A stretch of 64,000 nt of DNA. It comes from Octopus vulgaris. Taxonomy: Eukaryota. Positions 1 through 14,371 of this stretch are shown in pieces; the stretch's first letter is position 1, and each line of letters opens with the position of its first letter. The notes under the pieces were generated by a model. It was given only the letters and a program-made list of their open reading frames with translations, was not told where the DNA came from and searched no databases. Both the position numbers and the translations under genes were made by a program. Where the stretch lies: assembly GCA_951406725.2 (NCBI GenBank), contig OX597822.1:9176001-9240000 (forward strand), given 5' to 3'.

Positions 1-73
1 CAACATTGCCAAAGCAAACCTACCAATCATTGCCCAAAGTAATGAATTAAAAGACATAATCACGGATCGAGCT

Positions 74-553
74 ATGGTGCTTAGTAAAAGACAGCCTAAA
101 ATCTTGAAAACATTACTAACAAAGGCAAAATTTGACCTCAGCAACAAAGACCAAACATTCACGGTATCTAAATGCAATGATAGCCGATGTGGCACATGCC
201 AATTCATACATACCGGTCAATATATAAACACAAAAACCGGGAAAATATTCACAAACGCGAATATGAACTGCAAAAGCAGAAATTTAATTTACTGCATCAA
301 ATGCCCAAATTGTGAAGAAATATATGTAGGTCAGACGGGAAACGCACTATTAGAACGCTCACGTGTACACCGGCAACAGATTAGAGACCCAGAGGTCCGT
401 CAGATACCTTTGAGTAACCACCTAGCAACATGTGGTCGGAAAATATATATAATATTTCCATTCTACAAATTACACAGCCCAAGTGAAATCGAGAGGAAAA
501 TCAGAGAAAATAATTTTATTGATAAATTCGAACCCAAGCTAAATAAGCAATAA
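74..553 (+). CDS. Penelope-like GIY-YIG endonuclease, C-terminal part (frame open to the window edge)
   Basis: Motifs KCNDSRCGTC, CKSRNLIYCIKCPNCEEIYVGQTG, RKIRENNFIDKFEPKLN. Confidence 0.85.
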   Translation: MVLSKRQPKILKTLLTKAKFDLSNKDQTFTVSKCNDSRCGTCQFIHTGQYINTKTGKIFTNANMNCKSRNLIYCIKCPNCEEIYVGQTGNALLERSRVHRQQIRDPEVRQIPLSNHLATCGRKIYIIFPFYKLHSPSEIERKIRENNFIDKFEPKLNKQ

Positions 554-1047
554 TAATAATACTTAGAGGTATTACTTCCACTGCTACGACCATGACCACT
601 AACAACAACAACAATACTAAAGGTGATCAAGACGAAGATAGCAGGAAAGTTATCTTATTTAGGGTTAAAAGTTCTATTGCCACCACCATCACCACTAGCA
701 ACAATAATTAAGGTGCTGACAATGATGATGATGACAATTGAAATATAAAAATATAAAAATCTCTGACAAAGGATATTTACAACATTTCTAAAAATAACCC
801 AACAATTGCTGCTTCGGCCAGGGTCAAGATACAGGACTCTTGACATGTCCAACAAAGCGTGATGCCTAAACCAATCAGCTCAACCAACCAATCAGCTTAA
901 GTAATTGAGTGATACTACACACTGATTGGTCAGAATACAGTTTGCAAAATCTAGCACTCTGGAGCCTACCCAGCTGTATTTATAGCACAGAATCAATCAT
1001 CTTGCTACAGTCAAAAATTGTGAAGCATGATTGTCAACACTACTACA

Positions 1048-1092
1048 TGAACCCGAAGATTGCAGAATTCAATGCATGAAAGTACTAGTTCA
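1048..1092 (+). ncRNA. Minimal type I hammerhead ribozyme (U4C variant)
   Basis: UGAAC-CCGAAGA-U-UGCA-gaauucaa-UGCA-U-GAAA-GUAC-UA-GUUCA: 5-bp stem I, 4-bp stem II, palindromic GUAC loop III. Confidence 0.75.
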
Positions 1093-1245
1093 ATCAGAAT
1101 GAATATTTAACATTCTACTATTTCATTTTATTTTATTCAATTATAATATATTATCTTATAATATATCATTATAAGATTGTAAATAAAACGTGAAAATCAG
1201 ACAAGGTTGGAATTCTTTTTATTAATATATTCTACTATACACAAT

Positions 1246-1326
<81 letters not shown>

Positions 1327-1348
1327 TTTACTAAGAGTTCCTATCCTG

Positions 1349-1590
1349 GGGTAGCGTGGCTTAGTGGTTGGACTCATGCTCGTAAAATTGTGGCTTCGTT
1401 TCCTGGGCCGGGGGACGCGTTGTGTTTTTGAGTAAAACACTTCATTTCACGTTGCCCCGGTACACTCAGCTGTCAAAAATAAGGAATCCTGCGACGGACC
1501 AGCGTCCCGTCCAGGTGGGGTATTTATGCGCCATGGAAACAGGGGAACCGGCTCTTACTCGTCGGCATAACACGAGAAGGTAACATTTTG
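1349..1590 (+). mobile_element. tRNA-derived SINE (family C, diverged)
   Basis: A-box-like GTGGCTTAGTGG head. Body (CACTTCATTTCACGTTGCCCCGGTACACTCAGCTG) is similar to the reverse copy at 61972-62309. Confidence 0.6.
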
Positions 1591-2272
1591 TTTTCACCTT
1601 TTATTAACTTCCACTAACAGCCGAAATATGAACAAACCCGAACTTAATAAAAAGAAAACAGCAGAAGTAACGTAAGATATGGTTTTCATAGCTCTAAAGA
1701 TTCTCCAAATCCACCAACTTATAGTATCGATATAATTTTGATTATATCATAAACAGAGTATATTATTTATGTAAACGTTGCTATTTCTCTGTGGTTCAGC
1801 TGTCCGCTTTGAGACCGTGTGGTTCTGAATTTCGATCCCACAGCACGACACTTTGCACAAGTGTCTGCTAATGCAGTTTTATGCTGACAAATGCAGAATT
1901 TGCTAGACGAAAATCGCACATAGCTAAATTGTTAGGAAGTTCGTTTTGCTATCATGAGCTCTAGGATTCATTCCCACTGTCTAGTATATTGAACGCATGC
2001 CTTTTACCATAGACTTGGATACATACAAATTTTGAGGATAAGACTGAAGCGACGGTAATCCTATAGAAGTCCGCTAGAGCGATTATACCTATATTTCAAA
2101 GGTCTAACCTTGGACAATTTCACATTGATTCCGTCTGAACAGTACGAAGAGAAGATGTTTGTAGAATGTTCAGCTACTTACACATTAATTCAATGCAAAA
2201 TTCAAGCATATAGCTCAGTAAGTCGAAATGTTGAACGTAAGTCAAATCATTGAACCGACAGATGCCCATTAT

Positions 2273-2549
2273 TAGATAGATAGAAAGAGAGAGAGAGAGA
2301 GAGAAAGATAGACAGACAGACAGACAGTTAGTCAGGTAGGTAGGTAGGCAAGCAAAAAGACAGACTGGCACATATGTAGATTGATAGAGAGAGAGACATA
2401 CAGACAGACAGGCAGACAGTCAGTCAATCAGGTAGGTAGGTAGGTAGGTAGGTAGGTAGGTAGATAGGTAGGTGGTTGGGTAGGTAGGTAGGAAGGTAGG
2501 TAGGAAGGTAGGTAGGTAGGCAGGCAGACAGAGAGACACAAGTAGATAA

Positions 2550-2622
<73 letters not shown>
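2273..2622. repeat. Compound (GATA)n/(GGTA)n/(GACA)n microsatellite
   Basis: Direct reading. Confidence 0.95.
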
Positions 2623-5600
2623 CATGTGTATCTGCATTTATTAACAATGTTCACGTAAACACCATTTTCGAGATATGCCTCTTTTCGTCAAAAGACAACT
2701 TATCTATTCAATACGTAAAGCTTAATAAACTAAGTACCAGGCTGAAATTGTTGTGGAGGTTGATATGATCGACAAAAACCTTTGAAGTTTGTGCCAAGCA
2801 TGGCTGCACCCCAATGGCGGAATACAGTACAAGCAAAAGAATTTCCCAAACTTGCTCTTCACAAAACATACGAGCTGGCATTATTGAAAGCAAGAATATA
2901 ATATCTAAGACAAACGAAATTTATGAAAGCAAAAAGTATGTTTTTAGACCATTTGAAGAAGATATTGATCCTGCTTTCTATTGCATTAAATTGTGGAACA
3001 TCTCGTAAAGAGATTGAACGCCTATTGAAGACATCGATTTCCTTATTTCTTAGGAATAATGTAAAGTAATAGCTTCTTTGTACTTCCTTTGTGGCCAATA
3101 AAGGACATGACCTCAGAATAAATACCTAGAGAAGTACAGGTAATTTTCTTTTTACAATTATCTGTAACCGACATTTTGTTGCATGTAAGCTTTCCTGGTT
3201 AAGCAGTTTGCTTCACGATTAAGTGCTTTCGAGAACGATACCTCTGCACTGGACCTTAGCCAAGTATCTTCTACCATAGCCTCGAGTTGTCAAATGCCTT
3301 CTGAATTAAATTTAGCACAGAAACTGTGGAGAAGCGCTCTCGAGTCATTATCCCTATGAGGATAGACGCTAGAGTTAGATTAAATCGGCTTCCCACTTTA
3401 ATAACTTACTCATTTGGTGTCTTTAACGGATTCCAATCAGTGCTAATATCTAGATGAGATCTCTGGTCTATTGATAAATTCCTGCTTTTCGTCCACCATT
3501 TCCTGTGTCACATGAAAGGAGTTATGCACGCCCGCACTTCCTCCTCTGAAGAAGTCACACGGGGAAAAAAACTGGTAAGCATTTACATCTACGAGAACTC
3601 CAGTATTGAGAGTTCAGTGTCATGACTGACTAATAGACAAACTGCAATGTTTCCGGAGTGCTGGGATCTGAACTTTTGACCCTTCCTTAACAGAAGTTTA
3701 TAAGACTGATTAAATTTCTTCCTTCGACTCGCACATATTTGATGAACATTCCTAGTTAGAATTTGTTCGTGCTATTTATTTACAACTAGAACTTTTAATA
3801 CGATGTAATTTCTGTCTTAATAATTTCCTCGACATCACAACAGCGTATAATTTATTAATCTATCAAACGTCCCATTCTTAATTTCTCATTTTATTTACTA
3901 ATTATTTTTTCATTCCAAATATTTTTGTCTCTCAACTTTATATTTTTCTCTCCTTAGTTTAAAATAGTCGCTTTAACAATTCTTCAGTATAGTATAACTG
4001 TCAAGATCAAACAAGTAGTTCTTAATTTTATTTGCTTTGACGTCATTTTAAATTTCTGCGCTATAAAATTAATTTTCATAAAATTACATGGCGAAGTGGG
4101 AAAAAAAAAGTTGAAATGCATAAAATAGAAAAATAGCCACTTTAGACTTGAAATATTTTTTGTTAGCTTTTCTGTTTTCCTCTTTTTATGAGTTTATGTT
4201 TTCCTTTTTTAATCTTTATTTTCTTGTAAATCTCCTAACCCTATGTTCCACCAACACCACTATTGCATGCAGCTAAAATCATGCAAATATATCAACAGAA
4301 GCTCTCGCTATTTTAAAACTCAGTATAAAAATACAATGATGAATGACTTTTAGGTTACTTCAAGAGGCAGTGGATAGAAAGAATTGCATTCTGGTATATT
4401 TTACTTCTCTTCATTCATTGCCAAAGTCAGCACATAGCTTTTGTCGATTTTGTTTACTGCTTTCTTTTTTTCCTTTTATTCAATTTTTTAAAAAAATAAA
4501 CATGATAAAATAAAACAGATGAGAAGAAAGTCTTCGAATAAAAACCAACGAATCGTGAATGAAAGAGACAACTAAAAGCTTTGAAAAAGTATGATTTCTT
4601 TTAAGCAAGGCAAAAACAAATTTAATCCTCAATGTGAATTTATTATCAATGACGTAGTTGCCTGTGGTGGTGCCGCCATGACATACAATGTGTCTTGGGC
4701 ATTTATATTCCGACCTAGCGGAGCCCAAAGGCGATTTCTTCCAGAAGAAAGACAGATAGACAGAAAGAATGAGTGAAAGAAGAAATCTACTACAACAATT
4801 GGATCTAAAGGATCAGAAGTTCTTCCTGCACCCTAAGCCCATAAAGCCGGTTTCTATGGAGTAAATAGTCCTCCCTGGATGGGACGCTTGTTTACTCATT
4901 TTTGCCAGCTGAATGGACTGGACCAACGGGAAATGAAGTGCCTTGCTCAAGAATACAATACATCGCCAGATTCAGAAATCGAAACCACAATCTTACTATC
5001 ATGAGCGCAACACTCTTAGCCATATTCCTCCACACACCAGTAATTGACTGGTATCTTATCTATCTACACCGACAGAATGATAGGCAAAGCTAATTTCTGC
5101 AGTATTTGAACTAAGAGCTTCGAAAACAGGTGCGATTAACGGAAAGCCATGTATCTGATGTTCTAACGATTCTGGCAATTGGCTACATTTCTCCATAATT
5201 ACTAAGTAATTTAGTTTTCAATTTATCACTTATAATAATATTTCCTTCCAACGTCTCGGCTATTTGCTGGGCTACATGACAGAAACAATGTCTCTCTTCA
5301 GTCAACTTTCATTCCATTAGACTATAAATTTATTCTAATTACTGGTTTAATGTAATTTGTTTGATTGATTCTGGAGAAGATAATCATCTACAGAAGGTGC
5401 CAAGCAGAAGTCACGTGAGAGCTTTCAGCAGAGATGGAGAAATGCAAATGATTGAATAAGCTCCAGAGGTCGCTGCTCCAGTGGCACCAAAAATCGTCCA
5501 ACCATTTGCAGTTAAGAGGATAACCGAAGAATCCGCTTCGTTCTTGTTTCCTAATGTGAACGATGCTGGACTGCTCTCCCCAGCCCATAGATGATGGAAG

Positions 5601-6284
5601 AAATTATTTTATTCTTGGCCCTGCAAACCAACAAATAAGCACTCCTCTCCCCATAATAACAAGAAGCATTACCACGATTCCATTATCTTATGATGAAATG
5701 GATAACTTTCTAAAATGTCAGAAAATATACAACAGAGTAAAAGATAAAAAGCCTCCCAAAACAAAGGAAAAAGAAATGTAGCAGAAAATTCAGTCCTCAG
5801 ATGTTCTTTTATTTTTTTTTACTTTTTTCAGTCATATGACTGCTGTCTTGCTGGAGCACTCCCTTGAAGGGTTTTAGTTGGACAAATCGACCACAGGAGC
5901 AACAACCAAGATTTTGATAATAGTTTTATAAGCCCAGCTGGTTTGAAAGAATCTATTAACATAGGCCAGCTTCAGAAAAATAAGCATACGAGACATGTTA
6001 CAAGAGAAAATGTCGTCTTTGGAGAAGGGAAACACTTATAAACGAGCAATGAGAAGCATTTTACCTCCCTCTTACTAAAAGTCGGCTAAAACAGAACAGA
6101 CAAAAAGAGAATTTCAACAATGAATGGAACAATACCGTTTCCATCGACCCGGGTAAGGCATATGGAAGAATCGTTTCCATTGATCGTACTAGTGCAGAGA
6201 AGGAAATGGAGGGAGAGGAGAAACTGAGGCAGCTTCTGCATAGTACTTGAACGCTGGACTGCTAGAAGCAACTACAGAATTTAT

Positions 6285-6493
6285 TTACTCTTTACTCTTT
6301 TACTTGTTTCAATCATTTGACTGCGGTCATGCTAGAGCACCGCCTTTAGTCGAGCAAATCGACCCCAGGACTTATTCTTTATAAGCCCAGTACTTATTCT
6401 ATCGGTCTCTTTTTGCCGAACCGTTAAGTGATGGGGACGTAAACACACCAGCATCGGTTGTCAAGCAATGCTAGGGGGACAAACACAGACACA

Positions 6494-6533
<40 letters not shown>

Positions 6534-6719
6534 TATACATATATATACATATATACGACAGGCATCTTTCAGTTTCCGTCTACCAAATCCACTCACAAGG
6601 CATTGGTCGGCCCGGGGCTATAGCAGAAGACACTTCCCCAAGATGCCACGCAGTGGGACTGAACCCGGAAACATGTGGTTGGTTAGCAAGCTACTTACCA
6701 CACAGCCACTCCTGCACCT
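6285..6719 (-). mobile_element. tRNA-derived SINE (family A) with internal (CA)/(TA) microsatellite
   Basis: Near-identical to copies at 13767, 40916, 47189 and 51688. On the minus strand it has a tRNA-like head (GGAGTGGCTGTGTGG...GGTTCAGTCCC) and a (GAGTAAA)n tail. Confidence 0.85.
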
Positions 6720-7041
6720 ATTTGTTGCGTGTATCGTATAAACATCCAGTTGCCGCGAGGTTCTTGTGGAAATTTACTGGTTGAGAAATTTAGAAGGGGG
6801 GGGGGGGGGCGTGTGCATTGGAACATTATCTGAAACAAAACGAATGTTGAGAAAGTAGCTTTTAAATAAGAGCTGTGTTTTCTCCGAAACTTTCATTAAA
6901 ACGAGTATGACTTCACGTGCATCCTAAGCAATCGGCACGTGACTGCATATTAAGCATCTGCGTGTCATTGCGTAATAAACTTCTACATGGCACTGCTTAA
7001 TAGGCATATATAGGTAACCGCGGTTACCTATATATTTAGAA

Positions 7042-7272
7042 AGGCGTTGAGCTGGCAGAAACGTTAGTATGCCGGGCGAAATACGTAGCTGTATTTCGTC
7101 TGCCGCTACGTTCTGAGTTCGAATTCCGCCGAGGTCGACTTTGCCTTTCATCCTTTCGGGGTCGATATATTAAGTACCAGTTATGCACTGGGATCGATGT
7201 AATCGACTTAACCCGTTTGTCTGTTCTTGTTTGTCCCCTCTGTGTTTAGCCCCTTGTGGGTAGTAAAGAAAT
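7042..7272 (+). mobile_element. tRNA-derived SINE (family B)
   Basis: GAGCTGGCAGAAACG head, B-box GAGTTCGAATTCC, body GTCGACTTTGCCTTTCATCCTTTCGGGGTCGA repeated many times in the window. Confidence 0.85.
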
Positions 7273-7533
7273 ATATATAGGTAACCGCATAATAAAAAAA
7301 AACGCTTGTAGTCGAAAACAAAACAATTTTACGATTTCTTACAAATTCGATTTTAAATAGCGATGAAAAAGTTTCAGATTTTCATTTTCCCCCACTTAAT
7401 TTTTCTTTCGTTTATAAGTGTGTAGCTATCAACTTAGAGGAAAGATGCCTAATGAAATACATGATCAAACTGAATAATTTAAAATGTAGCAATAAAATGC
7501 ACACACAAACAACTTACCACTACATCTGTATAA

Positions 7534-7918
7534 TCTTTATATATATAAAAGTCAAGTTGTGTGTCTGTCTCCTACGATTTAGATTCCTAACTACTCCCAC
7601 ATTTTGCGGTGCAGTTTAACCAAAACCGGGTATCTTATAGTCGTTATTCATATCGAGCCCTTCTGGGTATTAGCGCGCGTCTACGATTTAAAAAAAAATT
7701 ACCATAATTTTTTTCCATTTTAATGCAGTTTCGCTTTTATATAAGGGAAGTAACTCTCTAAAAATGTCTACGATGAGTCAACGATTTAAAAAAAATTTAC
7801 CATCATTTTTTTTCCATTTTTAATGCATTTGTTTGCTATTTTTTGGCTATAACTCTTTAAAAATGCTTATATAGTTATTTTCCTTACAAACCCGAGCAAC
7901 ACCGGGCGATACTGCTAG
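7534..7918 (+). mobile_element. Non-autonomous Helitron
   Basis: A|TC 5' end (TCTTTATATATATAAAAG), subterminal hairpin CCCGAGCAACACCGGG, CTAG|T 3' end, internal tandem duplication. A second copy lies at 15566-15843. Confidence 0.8.
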
Positions 7919-8220
7919 TACTGAATATTAAAATAAACGTTATAACAGCATTAATGAGTCAATGTAAGAGCCATTAAGTGATTGCTCAATTTGCTAGAAA
8001 TAGCAACCAAAAGTCTCTGAAATTATAGCCTACCATTATCAAATAGTAACAACTTGAATTTAGATTTAAATTGTTGTTTTACAAAACATAGAGGGTGATC
8101 ACTGCTAGAATGCTATTTATCGTGGCTTCTCTATGAATGGTATTGAATAAAAATAACAACAGCAACAACAACAATCATATCCCGCGGGAAATTTGACTGG
8201 CAAGTGTTAGTGCTGCCACT

Positions 8221-8294
<74 letters not shown>

Positions 8295-8302
8295 TGATGA
8301 TG

Positions 8303-8339
<37 letters not shown>

Positions 8340-8346
8340 CAACAAC

Positions 8347-8399
<53 letters not shown>

Positions 8400-8484
8400 C
8401 AACAACAACAATAATAATAATAATAATAATAACAATAATAATAATAATAACAACAACAACAACAATAATAATAATAATAATAAC

Positions 8485-8527
<43 letters not shown>
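8221..8527. repeat. (TAA)n/(CAA)n microsatellite, left flank of the R4/Dong-like element
   Basis: Direct reading. Confidence 0.95.
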
Positions 8528-8528
<1 letters not shown>

Positions 8529-11500
8529 GAACAATATAAGAATGGATGCTCGTCATGCTTCAAAGTCAACAAATCACGCAATAAACCGCATTGGTCGTTG
8601 CGCGGATTACAAAAGACCACGTACCCGAAAATTGAACCAAATTCTGATTGAAAAATCAGCTACTGGATCAAATCTTCCCAACACACAGGAGCTGGACGTA
8701 CCCCACAACCGGAATATTCCAACAGATGGCCATCCATGCTCATCACCAAATAATCAAAAGAAAAACAAGGAGAAATGGTCTAGGGAAGATAATAAAGAAC
8801 TTCTTGAGGCCTTCTACCATGCCATATATTTCCCCACAGATAAGTCTAGCACTGTACAAGCATACTTAAACTGGAGACAGAAACACCCTGAAGTAAAACC
8901 CTACATAGACAGTAATAAACTTGCCAACGTCAGAAGAAACATTATAAAAAAAATTACTGACTGAAGTAGAGATTGATCAAGTTAGACAAGCAATATCGGA
9001 TAAAATGAACGAAGCTGCAGCTAGAGAAGATAATACAGAGGAAATAATTATAGACCAGCCCAGGGCTGATAAAAACGAAGTGAGGATTGAAAGAGTTAGT
9101 ATTGGAATAAAATCTGGGCAGAAGAAAAAACACACAACGAAAAGGCCCCCTGGATTGACAGAATATCTACAGAACTGGACCCCTTAGAAGAGCAAAAGTG
9201 GGAGGGTGTCAAGGTAGAAGATAAAAGATCTGCTCTCAGGAGGTCAAGCAAATGGAAGTCTCCAGGAAAGGATAAAATTTCTAACTTCTGGCTGAATGCC
9301 TTCCCAGAGAGCCATGAACTGCTAACAGAACTGTACAATGATGTTTTGCAACACCCTAGTAGGATGCCTCCTTGGCTAGTTAATGGGTTAACATTCCTGC
9401 TTTCAAAAAGTGAAGAAACAAATGAACCAAAAAACTATAGACCCATAACCTGCTTAACAACTATGTACAAAACACTAACATCTGTCCTGACGGAATATAC
9501 CTATAGTTTTTTAACAGACAGCAGCATATTCCCTAATGAACAGAAAGGATGTAAACGTGGATCCTACGGCTGTAAAGACCAACTACTCATCAATAAGATG
9601 ATCTTAGAAGATTGTCACAAACGACACAAAAACTTATCAATAGCCTGGATTGACTATAAAAAGGCTTTTGATAGCCTACCACATAGCTGGATTAGGAAAT
9701 GCCTGGAAATGTATAAGATAGCACCTACTCTGCGAAACTTCTTGACTGTAAGTATGAGATCATGGAGAACCACACTAACTCTGAACAGTGACAATGAATC
9801 CCTAAATGCTGGTGATGTAAAAATTTCGTGTGGAATTTTCCAGGGTGACTCACTGTCACCACTCCTCTTTGTTTATCCTTAATACCTCTCTCAAAGCTGC
9901 TCAATGACGCGCAGTACGGGTATAAAATGTTTGATAAAAATATAAATCATCTCATTTACATGGATGATTTAAAGCTTTTTGCAAAAAATGACCAACAACT
10001 CAAGGGCTTACTACCGATAGTCAAACAATTCAGTGACGACATCAGAATGCAATTCGGCCTCGATAAATGTGTAAAAGCTACCTTTATCAAAGGAAAAATG
10101 ACAGAAACATCTAACGTTAACCTTGACCAGCAGAATGTCATAAAAGAACTAGACCCAGCGGAGAGCTACAGGTACCTAGGGGTAATTGAAGGGAACGGAA
10201 TAAGGCATTCAGAGATGAAGGAAAGGATCAGGAGAGAATGCTATCGAAGAGTGAGAGCAATACTCAAGACAGAGCTGAATGCAAGAAACAGGATCGAAGC
10301 GATCAATGCATTAGCCATACCAGTCGTGACTTACAGTTTCAATATTGTTAACTAGTCAATTACTGAAATATGTCAGCTCGACAGAAAAATAAGGAAACTG
10401 TTGACAATGCATAGAATGCACCACCCTAAGGCAGATACAGAGCGACTCTATCTGCCAAGAAAACAGGGAGGCCGTGGTCTTTTGCAACTGGCAATAACAA
10501 TGAAGATTGCTACAATTGGCCTAGACACCTACCTGAAAAACTCTGAGGACTGGATGTTAAAACTTGTCTCAAAACATGAAAACAAGAAAGCATCATACTC
10601 AGTCACAAAACAGGCAAAGGAATATCTAAGTGAATTCCGAATACAACCAATTTCGGAATTAGAGATAGACATACAAGAAACAAGCACAGAAAAAGCTAGG
10701 CGCATGAAAACCCGTGCCAAAATTGCGACCTTAGATATTCTGAATAATAAATGGCAAGAAAAACCTCTCAATGGCAAATACCCAAAGAGAGCGAATAATG
10801 CAGATGTTGACAAAGCCCTGACCCATCAACGGCTAATGGCCTCTGGCTTAAAATCTGAAACAGAGGGGTTTATCATAGCAGCTCAAGATCAATGCCTACC
10901 AACAAGAAACTACCAGGCCAACATATGAAAGAACGGCAGTTTCCCAACATGTCGTGTATGCCGACAACAAAATGAAACCATTGAACATGTTGTCTTCAAA
11001 TGCAGTCTTCTACCGCCTACAGAGTACCTCAGTAGGCATGATAGAGCTGCACAATATATTCACTGGGTAATTTGCAAAAACCTGGATTTGCCCCATGAAA
11101 AAAACTGGTGGGAACACAATCCACCTCCAGTGCTTGAAAATGACCACATCTCACTCCTCTGGAACTTCACCATTCAAACTGACAGAAAGATAGATGCAAA
11201 TAGGCCAGACATCATATTGAAAGACTTCAGACAAAGAACATGCCTCCCCATTGATATGACTGTCCCAATCGATATAAACGTATCTGTCAAGACCTACCAA
11301 AAACTGAGCAAATATAAAGATCTTGAAATAGAAATCAGCAAAATGTGGAAGCTGAAGACTAAAACAATATCTGTTGTCATCGGTGCCCTGGGAATGATAG
11401 CGAAAGGGACTGATTGCTACCTAACTCAGATATCAGGAAACCCCAAAATGGCAGAAATTCAAAAGATAGTGCTCATGGGAACTGCTCATATCTTACGTAA

Positions 11501-11727
11501 AATACTCTCTATGTAATCCCAAGGTTTAAAACAAACTTTTTTTTTTGTTTTTATTTTTTTTATTTTTTTTTTTTATGTATTAGACATTCACTAGTACAAC
11601 ACCAAAAAAAAACAAAATAAAAAAAAACCCAAATATATGGCACAGAACTTCCAACCTGTTGTCTCTTGAGGTCTCTGGGTGAGACTTGGAGCCAACTTGT
11701 ACAGACATAAAGCAAAAGTCAAACATA

Positions 11728-11730
<3 letters not shown>
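8528..11730 (+). mobile_element. R4/Dong-like non-LTR retrotransposon (RT plus restriction-like endonuclease), decayed, inserted in (TAA)n
   Basis: RT motifs NYRPITCL, WIDYKKAFDS, GIFQGDSLSP, YMDDLK, YRYLG; CCHC region near 10950-11005; RLE motifs RPDI, IDMTVP, KLSKY, VVIGALG. (TAA)n on both sides. Confidence 0.9.
8542..11516 (+). pseudogene. Disrupted single ORF of the R4/Dong-like element
   Basis: Fragments 8542-8964, 9346-9882, 9927-10355, 10401-10928 and 11088-11516 are separated by frameshifts and in-frame stops (TAG at 10353, TGA at 10926). The N-terminus-to-RT spacing is short, suggesting an internal deletion near 9100-9170. Confidence 0.85.
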
Positions 11731-11907
<177 letters not shown>

Positions 11908-13665
11908 TTGATGATGACTTTCTTATTGGTTTTTCATCTGTGTTTACCTTTTGAGCCCAAATTCCGCCGAGATCGACCTTACCTTCTATATTTTCGTGGT
12001 CGATGAAATAAGGGAAGTTGATTAATGGGTCGATGTATTCGACTAGCCTCCTTCCTCAAAATTACTGGCCTCGTGCCAAAATTCGATACCATTGTTGTGT
12101 GGTTTTTTTGTTGTTGTTATTGTTTTGTTCTTCTTTTGTGCTGTTGTTATTGTTAAATATTCTTGTTTCGCTTATTATGATGAGGTGTTGATAATGTTTA
12201 ATTCGTATTGAGGGAAATCATAAACAGGATAAAATCTTTATACAAGAATGGTACTAAATATAATGAATAACGAAGCTGCAGCATCATAGAATAAGATAAG
12301 ATTTCATATTGTATAGAAATATATGGAATTTCAATAAAAGTCTTAGAAATATCATACATTGCATTTCAATAGATTCAGTTATGAGACGTAAGTGTGGGGA
12401 GTTTTGAAAAGGAAGTGCTTGATAGTGTAATATTGTTAACAATATGTATTGTTGCATTGGCGAGTATGACAATGCTTCTTCTCAGATAAAAGAATATATT
12501 GCAATAAAATATCTGGCGCCTCCTTAAGGCGTATCCTTGCAACGGTGCTGTTATACTGCGTCTATTAAAACGTGTACAATAAAAAGAGATACATCAGATC
12601 TGGCAATGCTCCTACTTGTAACAGTTGCCAGACAGAACGACTTAACTTCGGCGAAAGGAAACGGGTTAAACTGGCAACATGGAAATATTGGCCTGTTTGA
12701 GTAAGCTAACTCATAAACTAGAGCATGGTTCGTTATGAAATTGCTGTCTTATAATGTTACCCGCATTGTAAGAACATAAAAACAGGGGTAAAAAGCATCT
12801 TCTATAAAAATGAGACACAAATAGCGAAGATCTAAATTCAGCGAAATAATACGTTAGGTAGCACTCACATGAAAAAGGTGAAAAAATAGATATTCAGATA
12901 AATATATCAATAAAAATGAAGCCATTCGATTATATAAACGAAGAAATTAAACAAATCATTTCATGCAGAATAAGACTCTTCCAAGTTGATAAGTGCTTCT
13001 TTCTGGAGAGTTATTATTTGAATGAAATATCAAAATTATTTTACAGGGTCATAACAAAACAATAATATCAGAAACTACTCTGACATCAACTGACGCACAA
13101 GTATATTAAGAAGTATATATGGAACGAAAATTTTCAGCATAATCAAAGTGTAGAATAGATTAGAAATTACAGACGCCAGGAAGTGCAAAAATTGATGCCA
13201 ACCTCTGTGAGATTTCATTTGCAAACCGAAAGAACTGCAGTTCAGTACTGGGAAGTGTTCGATTTAAACCTCCAGTGGTATTATCAAACCACTGCCAAAT
13301 ATTTAGAGGTAGAAATAAGATAAATATGTAAAACAAAATTACTGCAGTTTTCTCCGGCATAAAGCACGTTCAAAACCTTTTTAAAGTTAAATGAATGAAA
13401 GAGGTAAGACACACACGCACTATGTATTCGTCGTTCACTTCTGATTTATTATTGTTCTTATTTTTATTGTCCTTTGTCCGAAAATATTTCGTCAAACATC
13501 CTGTGACATCTTCAGCGACTGTCCACCCCATGTGTCTCCACTTAACAGAACAGGAGACACGTGGGATAGAGAGTCGCTGAACACAATATATATATTCGTT
13601 CTTCATTTCAGATTTTCAATTTTTACAATATATAATACACACATACATATATATACATACATATT

Positions 13666-14137
<472 letters not shown>

Positions 14138-14371
14138 CATATATATATGTATATATATATGCAGGCTAATGGCTAAAACAAGTGAAAGTTAAAAGGTATA
14201 CATATATCTTCCAAGTCTATTTATAGTAACGTTTTGAATATGCAAATAAAGCCCCTAATCCATTACGCTGGCCACCGTCTAATGATGCTGATTGTGAGCC
14301 AGTGTTTCGGGGTTGCACCCAGTTATACCGATGTAGTGCAGGATAAATATAACAATAACGTTAATCCTAAA

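Larger units (their letters stand above)
1..1235 (+). mobile_element. 3' part of a Penelope-like retroelement (GIY-YIG endonuclease end plus 3' UTR/pLTR with hammerhead), ending at (CA)/(TA)n
   Basis: ORF 74-553 has CxxxxCxxC, NLIYCIKC...IYVGQTG..L..R...H and a PKLN C-terminus typical of Penelope GIY-YIG. A minimal hammerhead lies at 1048-1092. Confidence 0.85.

Noticed and set aside
2740-3010. Possible host exon (AG at 2740, 64-aa ORF); similar candidates at 5390-5780 and 29250-29630
   Set aside because: Stops in all frames, no recognisable domain and no convincing splice-site pair.
3545-3582. CTGAAGA...AAACTGGTA hammerhead-like trace
   Set aside because: Stem II and GAAA are not intact; too degenerate to call.
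8131-8620. Long poly-I/Y/L ORFs here and similar YIYI, LSIY, CVCV, THTH ORFs throughout
   Set aside because: Translations of stop-free microsatellites; no coding signal.
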